Positions 38,794 through 47,172 of a stretch of DNA of 64,000 nt are shown here, one piece after another. A model generated the notes under the pieces. That model ran no database searches. It was given only the letters and a program-made list of their open reading frames with translations, and was not told the DNA's origin. Each line of letters opens with the position of its first letter. Positions within the stretch are counted from its first letter, which is position 1. The position numbers and the translations under genes are program-made. The stretch lies in the IMG/VR virus record IMGVR_UViG_3300020450_001133. One strand, given 5' to 3'. This stretch comes from a virus. Taxonomy: Duplodnaviria; Caudoviricetes.

Positions 38794-39843
38794 ATGGCAT
38801 CAGGATCAACATTAACAGTAAGCGGTGGAACTAACATGGTTCAAGTTGTCGCTAATACCGACACAGTTCAACCTGCTGATTATGATAACATGATTGCAAA
38901 TGTATATAGGCAACTAGGTGCACCTAATGATGTTACATTGGGCTCATATACACTAAGCACCGTTTATGGTTATAACAATGCAACTGGTAGTTTAGATGCC
39001 GCGACAGGCGAAACTATTAATGCTAGTAGCACAGACAATGGTTATAAAAACTTACAGGACGAGGTACAGTCCTTAGCAACATTCTTAGGTTTAACATTAA
39101 CAGGTAATTCAGGTTCAGACAGAACAAGCAGTAATACAATTACAGCCGCTGACTGGAACAACTTGATGACTGATGTTAAAGCATGTTTTGATGCAAGAGT
39201 GGCTGTTCCAGCAAGTAGTTTAACAACAGATGCCGCAGACACTAGCACAAGAACAAGTGCATGGGGTAATGCCGCAACAAACGAAGTTACACATCAATTC
39301 ACAATGACGTTTCCAAGTGAAGCGGCAACTAGAGGATTTTTTAACTCAGGTGGTGAAGTATTATTTACAGGTTCACGTTCAGGTGGTACATCAGGTAGTG
39401 CCGCAGGAACAATTGGTTCTCAGAATGCAAACTGGACTTCATTGTTAAGTGCTATGGGTACATTAACATTTAACTTAGATGATTTAGTAAGTTCAGGATC
39501 TACAGGCACAAGTGCTAACAAAGGTTTTTATGAACTAACAACTAGTTTCCAAACACTCTATACCAAAACAGGTTCAGGTGCATATTCAAGTAACTATTAC
39601 AGAATTCAAGGTAAAGTTGACAGTACAACAAACCCAACAGTATTAACATTTAAAACAATATTTAGAGATGACCACGCATTAGGTTCAGGTGTTGGACCTG
39701 ACGGTGTTGCTGGCAACTCAGATGACACACAAGGTTATGTTGATAGTGTTGACGGTACATTAACAAGTACAGTTCAAACTAAAAGAGCAAATAACGGTGT
39801 AACACATGCCGCTCCAACAACTGCTACAACAAGCGAACTATAA
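38794..39843 (+). CDS. virion structural protein (fibre/baseplate-associated, Ser/Thr/Gly-rich)
   Basis: RGFFNSGG...NANWTSLLSAMG...GFYELTT-FQ pattern, composition like other virion proteins, late promoter upstream. Confidence 0.65.
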   Translation: MASGSTLTVSGGTNMVQVVANTDTVQPADYDNMIANVYRQLGAPNDVTLGSYTLSTVYGYNNATGSLDAATGETINASSTDNGYKNLQDEVQSLATFLGLTLTGNSGSDRTSSNTITAADWNNLMTDVKACFDARVAVPASSLTTDAADTSTRTSAWGNAATNEVTHQFTMTFPSEAATRGFFNSGGEVLFTGSRSGGTSGSAAGTIGSQNANWTSLLSAMGTLTFNLDDLVSSGSTGTSANKGFYELTTSFQTLYTKTGSGAYSSNYYRIQGKVDSTTNPTVLTFKTIFRDDHALGSGVGPDGVAGNSDDTQGYVDSVDGTLTSTVQTKRANNGVTHAAPTTATTSEL

Positions 39844-39865
39844 TAACAGACAAATATTAAAACTT

Positions 39866-39894
39866 AAAGCCAGTTCATAGTAACTGGCTTTTTT
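39866..39894 (+). terminator. intrinsic (rho-independent) terminator
   Basis: AAAGCCAGTT-catagt-AACTGGCTTT stem running into a T tract, right after the structural block. Confidence 0.85.
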
Positions 39895-39900
39895 GTGACT

Positions 39901-39908
39901 AATAAATA
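39901..39908 (+). promoter_or_regulatory. putative late promoter AATAAATA (leaderless)
   Basis: Immediately after the terminator; ends 5 nt before in-frame ATG 39914. Confidence 0.6.
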
Positions 39909-39913
39909 TGAGT

Positions 39914-40273
39914 ATGTCGTCTAAACTAACAAAAGCATTAGAATTTGCTAATTATCGTAGAACGTTAAATGTTCAGCATAATAATTTAAAAGCAAAAGTC
40001 CAAACACTATTAAGTTACAGCATTAATGGTGGAACATTTCAAATAGACCAAGTATTGATATCGTTTGTAAAAACATTGTTAGACCAAGAACACACAAAAG
40101 CAGTATTGCTTGACATATACAATAACCCAATTCAAATTGAACTCGAAGAGTTCTTAGAGGAAATTACATCACGTTACTTTGAAGCAACAAATGAATATCA
40201 TGCAGAATACGAAAAATTAAAGAAGAGCAGAAAAGTACATAAGTTGATTGATTTAGATATCGATGATACATGA
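39914..40273 (+). CDS. hypothetical protein (probable start 39914)
   Basis: MSSKLTKALEFANY...; first gene of the enzyme block. Confidence 0.75.
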   Translation: MSSKLTKALEFANYRRTLNVQHNNLKAKVQTLLSYSINGGTFQIDQVLISFVKTLLDQEHTKAVLLDIYNNPIQIELEEFLEEITSRYFEATNEYHAEYEKLKKSRKVHKLIDLDIDDT

Positions 40274-40958
40274 TTATATATTTGATGTTGACGGTACATT
40301 AACACCTAGCAGAGGAATAATAGACCCATCATTTAAAACAGAGTTTTTAAACTTTGCATTCAAGCATAGAGTATTCTTAGTCACAGGCAGTGACAGACAA
40401 AAAACAATAGAACAATTAGGACGTGATGTATATCATGCATGTATGAGAGTGTATAATTGTAGTGGTAACAGCAGATGGATTAGAGACAGGGAACTGTATT
40501 ACAGCGATTGGGAGTTGCCTATAGATCCAAGACAATGGTTACAATTTAAGTTAGACCACAGTCCTTTTGAATTACGCACAGGAACACATTTTGAAAACAG
40601 AATAGGCATGTGTAATTTTAGTATAGTAGGACGTGGTGCAAATCAAGAACAACGCAAACAGTATTATGAATATGATTGCAAACATAAAGAAAGAGAAACA
40701 ATAGCAAAACAGTTTAATGAAAAGTATCCAGACTTACAAGCAGATGTAGGAGGAGAGACAGGCATAGACATATTTCCAAAAGGCTGTAACAAAGCACAAG
40801 TAATAAAAGAGTTTAGCAATATAGAAAGAATAAAGTTCTATGGTGACAGAACAGATCCTGCAGGCAACGATTATCCTTTAGCAAAACTGTTACAACCACA
40901 TCAAGTGTTTGCAGTTAAAGATTGGAAACACACAAGGAGATTGTTAAGAAATGAGTAA
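40263..40958 (+). CDS. phosphomannomutase, eukaryote-type PMM (HAD IIB)
   Basis: FDVDGTLT (HAD motif I), VTGSD, ENRIGMCNFSIVGR, GGETGIDIFPKG-NK, FYGDRTDPAGNDY. Confidence 0.85.
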   Translation: MIHDYIFDVDGTLTPSRGIIDPSFKTEFLNFAFKHRVFLVTGSDRQKTIEQLGRDVYHACMRVYNCSGNSRWIRDRELYYSDWELPIDPRQWLQFKLDHSPFELRTGTHFENRIGMCNFSIVGRGANQEQRKQYYEYDCKHKERETIAKQFNEKYPDLQADVGGETGIDIFPKGCNKAQVIKEFSNIERIKFYGDRTDPAGNDYPLAKLLQPHQVFAVKDWKHTRRLLRNE

Positions 40959-41841
40959 AGGGTTCTTGATGTTTGCTCACAACAACGATGAGATAGATTA
41001 TCTCAAGTTGGCAACAGTAAATGCTATGCTAATAAAACAAAACTGTGATATACAAAACGTTACAGTTGTTACCAATAAAGCAAGTTATGATTATACAGTA
41101 TCACAACTAGGAAAAGACTTTGTTGATAAAGCAATAAACAATATTGTATTTGTAGAAAAAGACAAGCATTTTAAATATGCCAATCAAAGATTATTCAAAG
41201 ACACAAGTCATACTATTAAGCCACTTCCATTTTACAATTTAGACAGATGTGATGCATATGATATAAGTCCATATGACGAAACAATTATGATAGATGCTGA
41301 CTATTTAATTTTAAGTAATGCATTAAATTCTTGTTGGGGTCACAACAATGAACTTATGATGAATTGGAAATATGAAGACATAATGTATGAAAGAGAAGAT
41401 GACAGTTTAAAAAGATTACACCCAACGGGTATCACAATGTATTGGGCAACAGTAGTATATTTTCAAAAGACAGAATTTACAAGACAGTTTTTTGAAACTG
41501 TAAAACATGTAAGAGACAATAGTAGATATTATCAAGATGTTTACAAATGGCCCGGTTCATTATATCGTAATGATTATAGTTTTAGTGTTGCGGCACACAT
41601 GTTAGGTGGCTTTGAGGATAAAGCAATACCACAACTTCCAGTGCCTTCATTATACAAAACTTTCGACACAGATGATGTACATTCAGCACCAGCAAAGAAT
41701 GAACTAATATTTTATCTTGAGAAACCAAAAAGTTTAGGCGACTTTATGTTATGTAGATGGAGGCACCTGGATATTCATGTTATGAATAAATGGGCATTAA
41801 ATAGAATAAGCGAACAGTTATTGGAGTATGCTAATGCGTAA
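40951..41841 (+). CDS. glycosyltransferase-like protein (GT-A fold), paralogue 1
   Basis: KGFLMFAHNN-E-DY...SPYDETIMIDADY (DxD), MYWATVVYF, YRNDYSFSVA. Confidence 0.65.
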   Translation: MSKGFLMFAHNNDEIDYLKLATVNAMLIKQNCDIQNVTVVTNKASYDYTVSQLGKDFVDKAINNIVFVEKDKHFKYANQRLFKDTSHTIKPLPFYNLDRCDAYDISPYDETIMIDADYLILSNALNSCWGHNNELMMNWKYEDIMYEREDDSLKRLHPTGITMYWATVVYFQKTEFTRQFFETVKHVRDNSRYYQDVYKWPGSLYRNDYSFSVAAHMLGGFEDKAIPQLPVPSLYKTFDTDDVHSAPAKNELIFYLEKPKSLGDFMLCRWRHLDIHVMNKWALNRISEQLLEYANA

Positions 41842-42022
41842 AAAGAAACCACCTCAATTAGGAGACTACATAGAACATACATGTAGACTTAATGGAACTT
41901 TTGAAGGCACAGTGGTACAACTATTAGGTATGCAATTTGTATATGAAACTGGTGATGGTAATACTCGTTTTTGTTTGTATAAAGAAGATTGGAAACACAT
42001 AGATGAAGATAATAATTGCTAA
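41828..42022 (+). CDS. small hypothetical protein (SH3-like beta pattern)
   Basis: Coupled overlaps on both sides; 64 aa. Confidence 0.6.
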   Translation: MLMRKKKPPQLGDYIEHTCRLNGTFEGTVVQLLGMQFVYETGDGNTRFCLYKEDWKHIDEDNNC

Positions 42023-42605
42023 TTATAGAACAGGGTCATCAGTGTTTGCCAGAAGCATTGGTGGGGACGGCAATGAATATTTACATTCTAAAACTAGAGC
42101 AGTAACAGGATTTGTTGGTCCTACTAAAAATACACATGTGTATAAAGTAATGCCTGACCAATTTGGTTTCGAAGATTACTATTCAAAATTTAGAGATTTA
42201 TATTTGAGACCTGCAGAAAAAATTTATTATACAGTAAGAAGAGATTTTAATGCACAGATTACAAGCCACCTATATGCAGGTTTATCATTTGATTGGCACC
42301 CGTGGCAACAAATTGCACCAGATGGACTTTATCCAAAAGATTGGGGCAAGAGAATAAATCCTATGTTTAATACTGACTTACCATTACATCTTCAACAAGC
42401 AGAGATGGTAAAATTTGCTTCAAATTTTGCAAAAATGGATTTAAAAAATTTAAAATGGCAAGCAATGATTTACAAAGAATTTGGTGGAGAACTTGTTTGG
42501 TTAGAAGATAACTTTGACGAAAAGGTTAAATATAAAAGAAGGAAACATATAAATTTACCTAAACTAGATTTTAGTGTAGACGTAGAGGCATTTTTTAATG
42601 AGTGA
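42003..42605 (+). CDS. sulfotransferase-like protein (Stf0-like)
   Basis: 5'-PSB-like loop IIANYRTGSS at the N-terminus, VYKVMP strand, 3'-PB-like KIYYTVRRDFNAQITS followed by A....WH. Confidence 0.6.
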   Translation: MKIIIANYRTGSSVFARSIGGDGNEYLHSKTRAVTGFVGPTKNTHVYKVMPDQFGFEDYYSKFRDLYLRPAEKIYYTVRRDFNAQITSHLYAGLSFDWHPWQQIAPDGLYPKDWGKRINPMFNTDLPLHLQQAEMVKFASNFAKMDLKNLKWQAMIYKEFGGELVWLEDNFDEKVKYKRRKHINLPKLDFSVDVEAFFNE

Positions 42606-42948
42606 AGATTTTATAATAACATTAATAGCAATAGTTGTACTTGGTGGTGCATTATATCTTAATGTAGTATTACAAGACACTAAAGCAATGGATATAATGA
42701 AAAAAATATTTTGGCCCTTGATAAAATTAAAAGAATGGGTTGATCCAAATCATTGGGCAAATAAAATAGGTGAAGGAAGTGGAGCCTATGACAAAGCAAG
42801 AAACAGCAAAATAAGAAAATGGGGCGACAGTTTAGAAGGCTGGCGATGGTGGACATGGCAAATTGTAGGTGGAGGTATTACACTTATTGTAATTGAATTT
42901 TTACTTAACATCACAATTGGTTACTCAATACTACCTTGGAGATGGTAA
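42598..42948 (+). CDS. hypothetical membrane protein
   Basis: Two hydrophobic segments, Trp-rich; coupled overlaps. Confidence 0.7.
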   Translation: MSEDFIITLIAIVVLGGALYLNVVLQDTKAMDIMKKIFWPLIKLKEWVDPNHWANKIGEGSGAYDKARNSKIRKWGDSLEGWRWWTWQIVGGGITLIVIEFLLNITIGYSILPWRW

Positions 42949-43427
42949 TGAAAGAAAAAATAATTATGTGGGGTGCAATTTTAGGTTTAGCATTATTAAT
43001 GTTTTTACCAACAGCAAGTGCCATGACAAAAGAAGAAATTAAACAATATGTACAGGATCAACCATTTGATTTTAAACAAATGAGTCAAGATGCTGATGCA
43101 TATAAAACTTTGTTGTTTAGAGAACGAGAAAGAAGATTGCAGTTTGTTGAAATAGACATATATCCAACGCCAATAGAACGTAGAAGGTATTATATTTTAA
43201 ATGCTATAGATGTTGGCATGACTATATGGGCATTGAACAATAGAGACAATATTAAAGAAGGTAATTTTTTATTAAGTAATGATCCAAGTAATAGAGCATT
43301 AATAACAAATAAATTAATGACAATACCTATATACCAAAATATGAATCGACCACAAGTAGTAGTAATGAATCATATTACAGGTTTTGTAGTAGTAAGAAAT
43401 TTGTATGTTATAGCGGAGCATGACTAA
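42948..43427 (+). CDS. hypothetical exported protein (start at TAATG overlap, 42948)
   Basis: Signal-peptide-like N-terminus MKEKIIMWGAILGLALLMFLPTASA. Confidence 0.65.
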   Translation: MKEKIIMWGAILGLALLMFLPTASAMTKEEIKQYVQDQPFDFKQMSQDADAYKTLLFRERERRLQFVEIDIYPTPIERRRYYILNAIDVGMTIWALNNRDNIKEGNFLLSNDPSNRALITNKLMTIPIYQNMNRPQVVVMNHITGFVVVRNLYVIAEHD

Positions 43428-43657
43428 TGGTAAAAAAATATATACACGTTAATCAACACAAGATTAGAAGCAACTTAAAACACGGCACCAACGAGCCAGT
43501 AATTACAATTAAAGAAGGACGTAATAACACATACTGTCATGAAGTAGAAGTTAAAGGACCTAGTAAAGTTGTATATGGTGAAGAAGGTAAAAAATTATTA
43601 TCGTGTGGTGCTAGAGTAGTAATAGAAACAGAAAGCGATATAGAGATTGTAAGATGA
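43427..43657 (+). CDS. small conserved-looking hypothetical protein
   Basis: IHVNQHKIRSN...PVITIK-G--NTYCHEV---GPS-VVY...LSCGARVVIET; coupled overlaps. Confidence 0.75.
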   Translation: MVKKYIHVNQHKIRSNLKHGTNEPVITIKEGRNNTYCHEVEVKGPSKVVYGEEGKKLLSCGARVVIETESDIEIVR

Positions 43658-43830
43658 CATGGAATAACAGTGACAGTTGGCAGAAAAATTCAGACGAGTG
43701 GGTCAAAGCAGTAGAGGAGTCACGCAAACTTAAAGAAGCAAAACGTAATGCAGTATGTGACCACGATGACTTTGGCTGGTGTGAAGTATGTTTAACAACT
43801 GTTGATGGGGAAAAATTAGAACCGGTATGA
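43654..43830 (+). CDS. 58-aa Cys/His-containing protein (not in ORF track)
   Basis: ATGA overlaps at both ends fill the gap exactly: MTWNNSDSWQKNSDEWVKAVEESRKLKEAKRNAVCDHDDFGWCEVCLTTVDGEKLEPV. Confidence 0.75.
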   Translation: MTWNNSDSWQKNSDEWVKAVEESRKLKEAKRNAVCDHDDFGWCEVCLTTVDGEKLEPV

Positions 43831-44063
43831 GAACAATAGCAAAGGGTGAAAAGTTTAGAGTATTAGAACACAGAGTATTTGGGTTAAATATGAATCCTTT
43901 TCGATATTATATATTAGAGGATAACAGAGAAGCAACCAGAACTCAAGGTGTAGATTACAATGTAAAAATTAGTTACTTCTATTGGTACACAGAACCTATG
44001 ATGAAATTATACTGTCACGATATATTCGATGATGTATTTGCACAAGGCGTTTGGCATGGATAA
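43827..44063 (+). CDS. hypothetical protein
   Basis: Coupled ORF, 78 aa. Confidence 0.6.
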   Translation: MRTIAKGEKFRVLEHRVFGLNMNPFRYYILEDNREATRTQGVDYNVKISYFYWYTEPMMKLYCHDIFDDVFAQGVWHG

Positions 44064-44919
44064 AGGTTATATAGTAATTGCACAAAACAACGACACAACT
44101 GATTATCTAGAACAGGCGTATGCCCTTGCATTAAATTTAAAACTTACACAGAGTACTGTAAGCAATCTAACAGTATGTGTAGATGACAAAACTAAAAAAT
44201 TAATTAAACAAAAGCACAAAGATATATTTGACCATATAGTAGATATACCTTGGAATGACCAGGCTAAAGATGCCGAATGGAAAATTAATAACAAATGGAA
44301 ATATTATTACATGACTCCTTATAAGGAAACTGTAATACTAGATACAGATATGATATTCCCAAATGATGTAAGTCATTGGTGGGATATGTTAAGCGAAAAA
44401 GATATATGGGCATGTACCAATGTAAAAACATACAGAGGTGAACCTATAGAAGATTATCATTATAGATTACATTTAAAAAATAATAAAATGCCAAATGTAT
44501 ATACAGCATTCTTTTATTTTAAACAATGTCCATTAGCAGAAGAATTTTTTAAAATGTCTCAAACTATATTTGAAAATTGGGAAAGATTTTATTTTAAATA
44601 TATGCCAAAAGGTAAACCAGATTGGCTAAGTGCTGATGTGGCATTTAGTTTAGCAATACAACTATTAGGAATAGAAGATAAAACAACAATGGATCATATG
44701 ACAGAGTTACCTACGTTTATACATATGAAAAGTAGAATACAAAATATACCAACAAGTTTTATGGAAGAGGATTGGACAAAAAGTATTCCTACATATTATA
44801 ACAGTTATAACAATTTTAAAATAGGTAACTTTCAGATAACACAACCTTTTCATTATGTTGAAAAGCATTGGATGGACAAAGACAAGATTACACAAATGGA
44901 GATGGCATGGCAGAATTAA
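44056..44919 (+). CDS. glycosyltransferase-like protein (GT-A fold), paralogue 2; start 44056
   Basis: MDKGYIVIAQNN-T-DY parallels paralogue 1; TPYKETVILDTDMIF (DxD), PNVYTAFFYF, SADVAFSLA. Confidence 0.65.
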   Translation: MDKGYIVIAQNNDTTDYLEQAYALALNLKLTQSTVSNLTVCVDDKTKKLIKQKHKDIFDHIVDIPWNDQAKDAEWKINNKWKYYYMTPYKETVILDTDMIFPNDVSHWWDMLSEKDIWACTNVKTYRGEPIEDYHYRLHLKNNKMPNVYTAFFYFKQCPLAEEFFKMSQTIFENWERFYFKYMPKGKPDWLSADVAFSLAIQLLGIEDKTTMDHMTELPTFIHMKSRIQNIPTSFMEEDWTKSIPTYYNSYNNFKIGNFQITQPFHYVEKHWMDKDKITQMEMAWQN

Positions 44920-45515
44920 CACCAGGCGAAAAACTTGCATTACTAAAAAAAGAACATGGCTCTTTGAAAGAGGCAGAAAAACAAAGAACAGATACAACGT
45001 TTCTTGTGTATAATGATGAGGGTATAATATTTTATAAAAGTCATGAAAGACCCGAAGATATGCGTAAGCATAAAAATAAAAAGTTAGTAGAAATGGAAAC
45101 TAATGCAGTATCGTTTATGGACGAAGAAGGAAGAAGTGTAGCAGAATTTATAGTCGAAGAAAATGATGATGGTATTCCATACGTTACATTTAAGCCTGTG
45201 GATAAACCTACATATGATGTAGAACAAGAATTTTTAACTGAAGTAAAAGAGTATAAAGAAGATGATAAGTGGGATATAATGATTAATGTACAACAAAGCA
45301 AGTTTACTGTTACATTAAATTCCAAAAAGAAAGTAAAAGAAAATATTGTTTTGTATATTACGTCTCCAGGCGACCCACATATACTGTACGAAAAATTAAA
45401 TATCAATATTAATGATTTACAAAACTTAAAAATAATGAATTTTAAAAAGGACTATAACCTAAACGATTTTAGCATTTACACAAGGAAATTATATGATAAA
45501 TATGTGCGTAGTTAA
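44907..45515 (+). CDS. hypothetical protein (probable start 44907, MAELTPGEKL)
   Basis: GGAG SD before ATG 44907; overlaps the end of the GT gene. Confidence 0.7.
   Translation: MAELTPGEKLALLKKEHGSLKEAEKQRTDTTFLVYNDEGIIFYKSHERPEDMRKHKNKKLVEMETNAVSFMDEEGRSVAEFIVEENDDGIPYVTFKPVDKPTYDVEQEFLTEVKEYKEDDKWDIMINVQQSKFTVTLNSKKKVKENIVLYITSPGDPHILYEKLNININDLQNLKIMNFKKDYNLNDFSIYTRKLYDKYVRS
45495..45502 (+). promoter_or_regulatory. putative late promoter GATAAATA (inside 3' end of upstream gene)
   Basis: Exact motif 33 nt upstream of ATG 45536, with a purine at the predicted +1. Confidence 0.5.
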
Positions 45516-45535
45516 TTTTTTTACAGGACAAGCAC

Positions 45536-46534
45536 ATGGCAAAGATAGATGTCACCGAATTAGACATATTTTACATATCGTATGACGAACCCAACTGTGA
45601 AGAGCATTGGGCAGATTTATTAAACAAAGTACCTTGGGCAAAGAGGGTACACGGCGTCAAAGGCTTTGATAAAGCACACAAGACTGCCGCAGAACAATCC
45701 GAAACAGAAAGATTTATAACCGTAGACGGTGACAACATCGTTATGGATGATTTCTTTGAACAAGTTTTAGAGGTTCCCGACACAGACCATGACGGGAACA
45801 ACATATCAGAAAGTATTTTTAGTTGGAATGCTAAGAATATACTGAACGGTCTAGTATATGGTAATGGCGGACTTAAATGTTGGCCCACCGAATACACAAA
45901 GACCATACGAACTCACGAAGCCGCCGATGATGGAGAAGGAATGGAGTTTTGTTGGAAACTTAACTACATACAACTGAATGACACATTCAGTGAAGTGCAT
46001 CAAACAGCCAGTCCGTTCCAAGCCTTCAGGGCAGGCTTTCGTGAGGGAGTTAAAATGAGTTTAGACCAAGGTAAGCGAATCAGTCCTGATGAGTTTATAC
46101 AAAAAGTGTGGTGGCAAAACTATAACAGATTACAGACATGGTGTAACATAGGCAGTGATGTAGAGAATGGCTTATGGGCAATCTATGGAGCAAGATTAGG
46201 ATGTAAGATGACAGTTTTAAGCGATTGGAACACTAATCAAATATCAGACTTTGAATGGTTTAAAGAATTCTTTGATAGCGACATACTACCTCGTTTTCCA
46301 GGAGACGAACTTTGTAAGTACACAAAAGTTACATGGAACAAAGAGATGTTAGAAATAGCAATTAAAGATTTAGGAGCAGAATTAAACGACAACATTAATG
46401 AAATGATGTTGTTTGATCCGGATCCTCAGATGTGTAAATTCTTTAAAAAGACTTTTGTTAATCCAAGACGTTGGGGAGCAATGGTTAGAGAAACACAGAT
46501 ACAAGAATTATTAGAAAAAGGATTATTACAATGA
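45536..46534 (+). CDS. glycosyltransferase-like protein (GT-A/GT2-like, YDEP...VDGD)
   Basis: DIFYISYDEPN...RVHGVKGFDKAHK-AA--SET-RFITVDGDN; NGLVYGNGGLK-W; AFRAGFREGVK. Confidence 0.6.
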   Translation: MAKIDVTELDIFYISYDEPNCEEHWADLLNKVPWAKRVHGVKGFDKAHKTAAEQSETERFITVDGDNIVMDDFFEQVLEVPDTDHDGNNISESIFSWNAKNILNGLVYGNGGLKCWPTEYTKTIRTHEAADDGEGMEFCWKLNYIQLNDTFSEVHQTASPFQAFRAGFREGVKMSLDQGKRISPDEFIQKVWWQNYNRLQTWCNIGSDVENGLWAIYGARLGCKMTVLSDWNTNQISDFEWFKEFFDSDILPRFPGDELCKYTKVTWNKEMLEIAIKDLGAELNDNINEMMLFDPDPQMCKFFKKTFVNPRRWGAMVRETQIQELLEKGLLQ

Positions 46535-47172
46535 AAACAATATTAGTAGCAGGTTTGTTATTTTTGTTATGTAATCCTGCATTTGGAAGTACAACAGCAA
46601 ACTTAGGATTAACATTGGTTGACAGTGATGCAACATTTAACGGAAAGTTCAAACACAATGTAGAGAAAGGAAAGTGGCAAAGTAATTATGAAGCCGCTTA
46701 TGTATTTAAAAAATCAGACGGCATAGAAAAAACAAACGACTTTTATTTTCAGTTTAAAGAAAATTATGCACTTACAGACAAAAGTTATGTAATAGGTGTA
46801 GCACAATTTGACTACGACAAGTTTAGAACTGCATACGACACAAGAACAGTTGTTGGTGCAGGATACGGATATAAAATTTTAAGAACTGACAAATGGAAAG
46901 TAAGCAATGAAGTATCACTTGCATTTTTAAAAAGTGATAGTAATGAAATGATATTACGAAATAGTTTATGGGCAACATACAAGTTTAGTCCTAACTTAAA
47001 TTTAACAAACAAACTGTTATATGAATCAGGTAATGACATGTATTTGAGAAACAGCACAGACTTAATGTACAAACTTACAGATAAGATTTCAATTGGTGTT
47101 GGTAATACATATACAGATAATATAGAAACGAGAAATATTTTTACAATAAATTTAGCGATAAAATTTCAATGA
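46531..47172 (+). CDS. DUF481/YdiY-like outer-membrane beta-barrel protein
   Basis: Signal peptide; alternating beta-strand pattern; YALTDKSYVIGVAQFDYDKF...VGAGYGYKI; aromatic residue near the C-terminus (KFQ). Confidence 0.75.
   Translation: MKTILVAGLLFLLCNPAFGSTTANLGLTLVDSDATFNGKFKHNVEKGKWQSNYEAAYVFKKSDGIEKTNDFYFQFKENYALTDKSYVIGVAQFDYDKFRTAYDTRTVVGAGYGYKILRTDKWKVSNEVSLAFLKSDSNEMILRNSLWATYKFSPNLNLTNKLLYESGNDMYLRNSTDLMYKLTDKISIGVGNTYTDNIETRNIFTINLAIKFQ

Noticed and set aside
36904-39843. Diversity-generating retroelement targeting the fibres
   Set aside because: No reverse transcriptase gene and no template/variable repeat pair differing at adenines were seen in the window.
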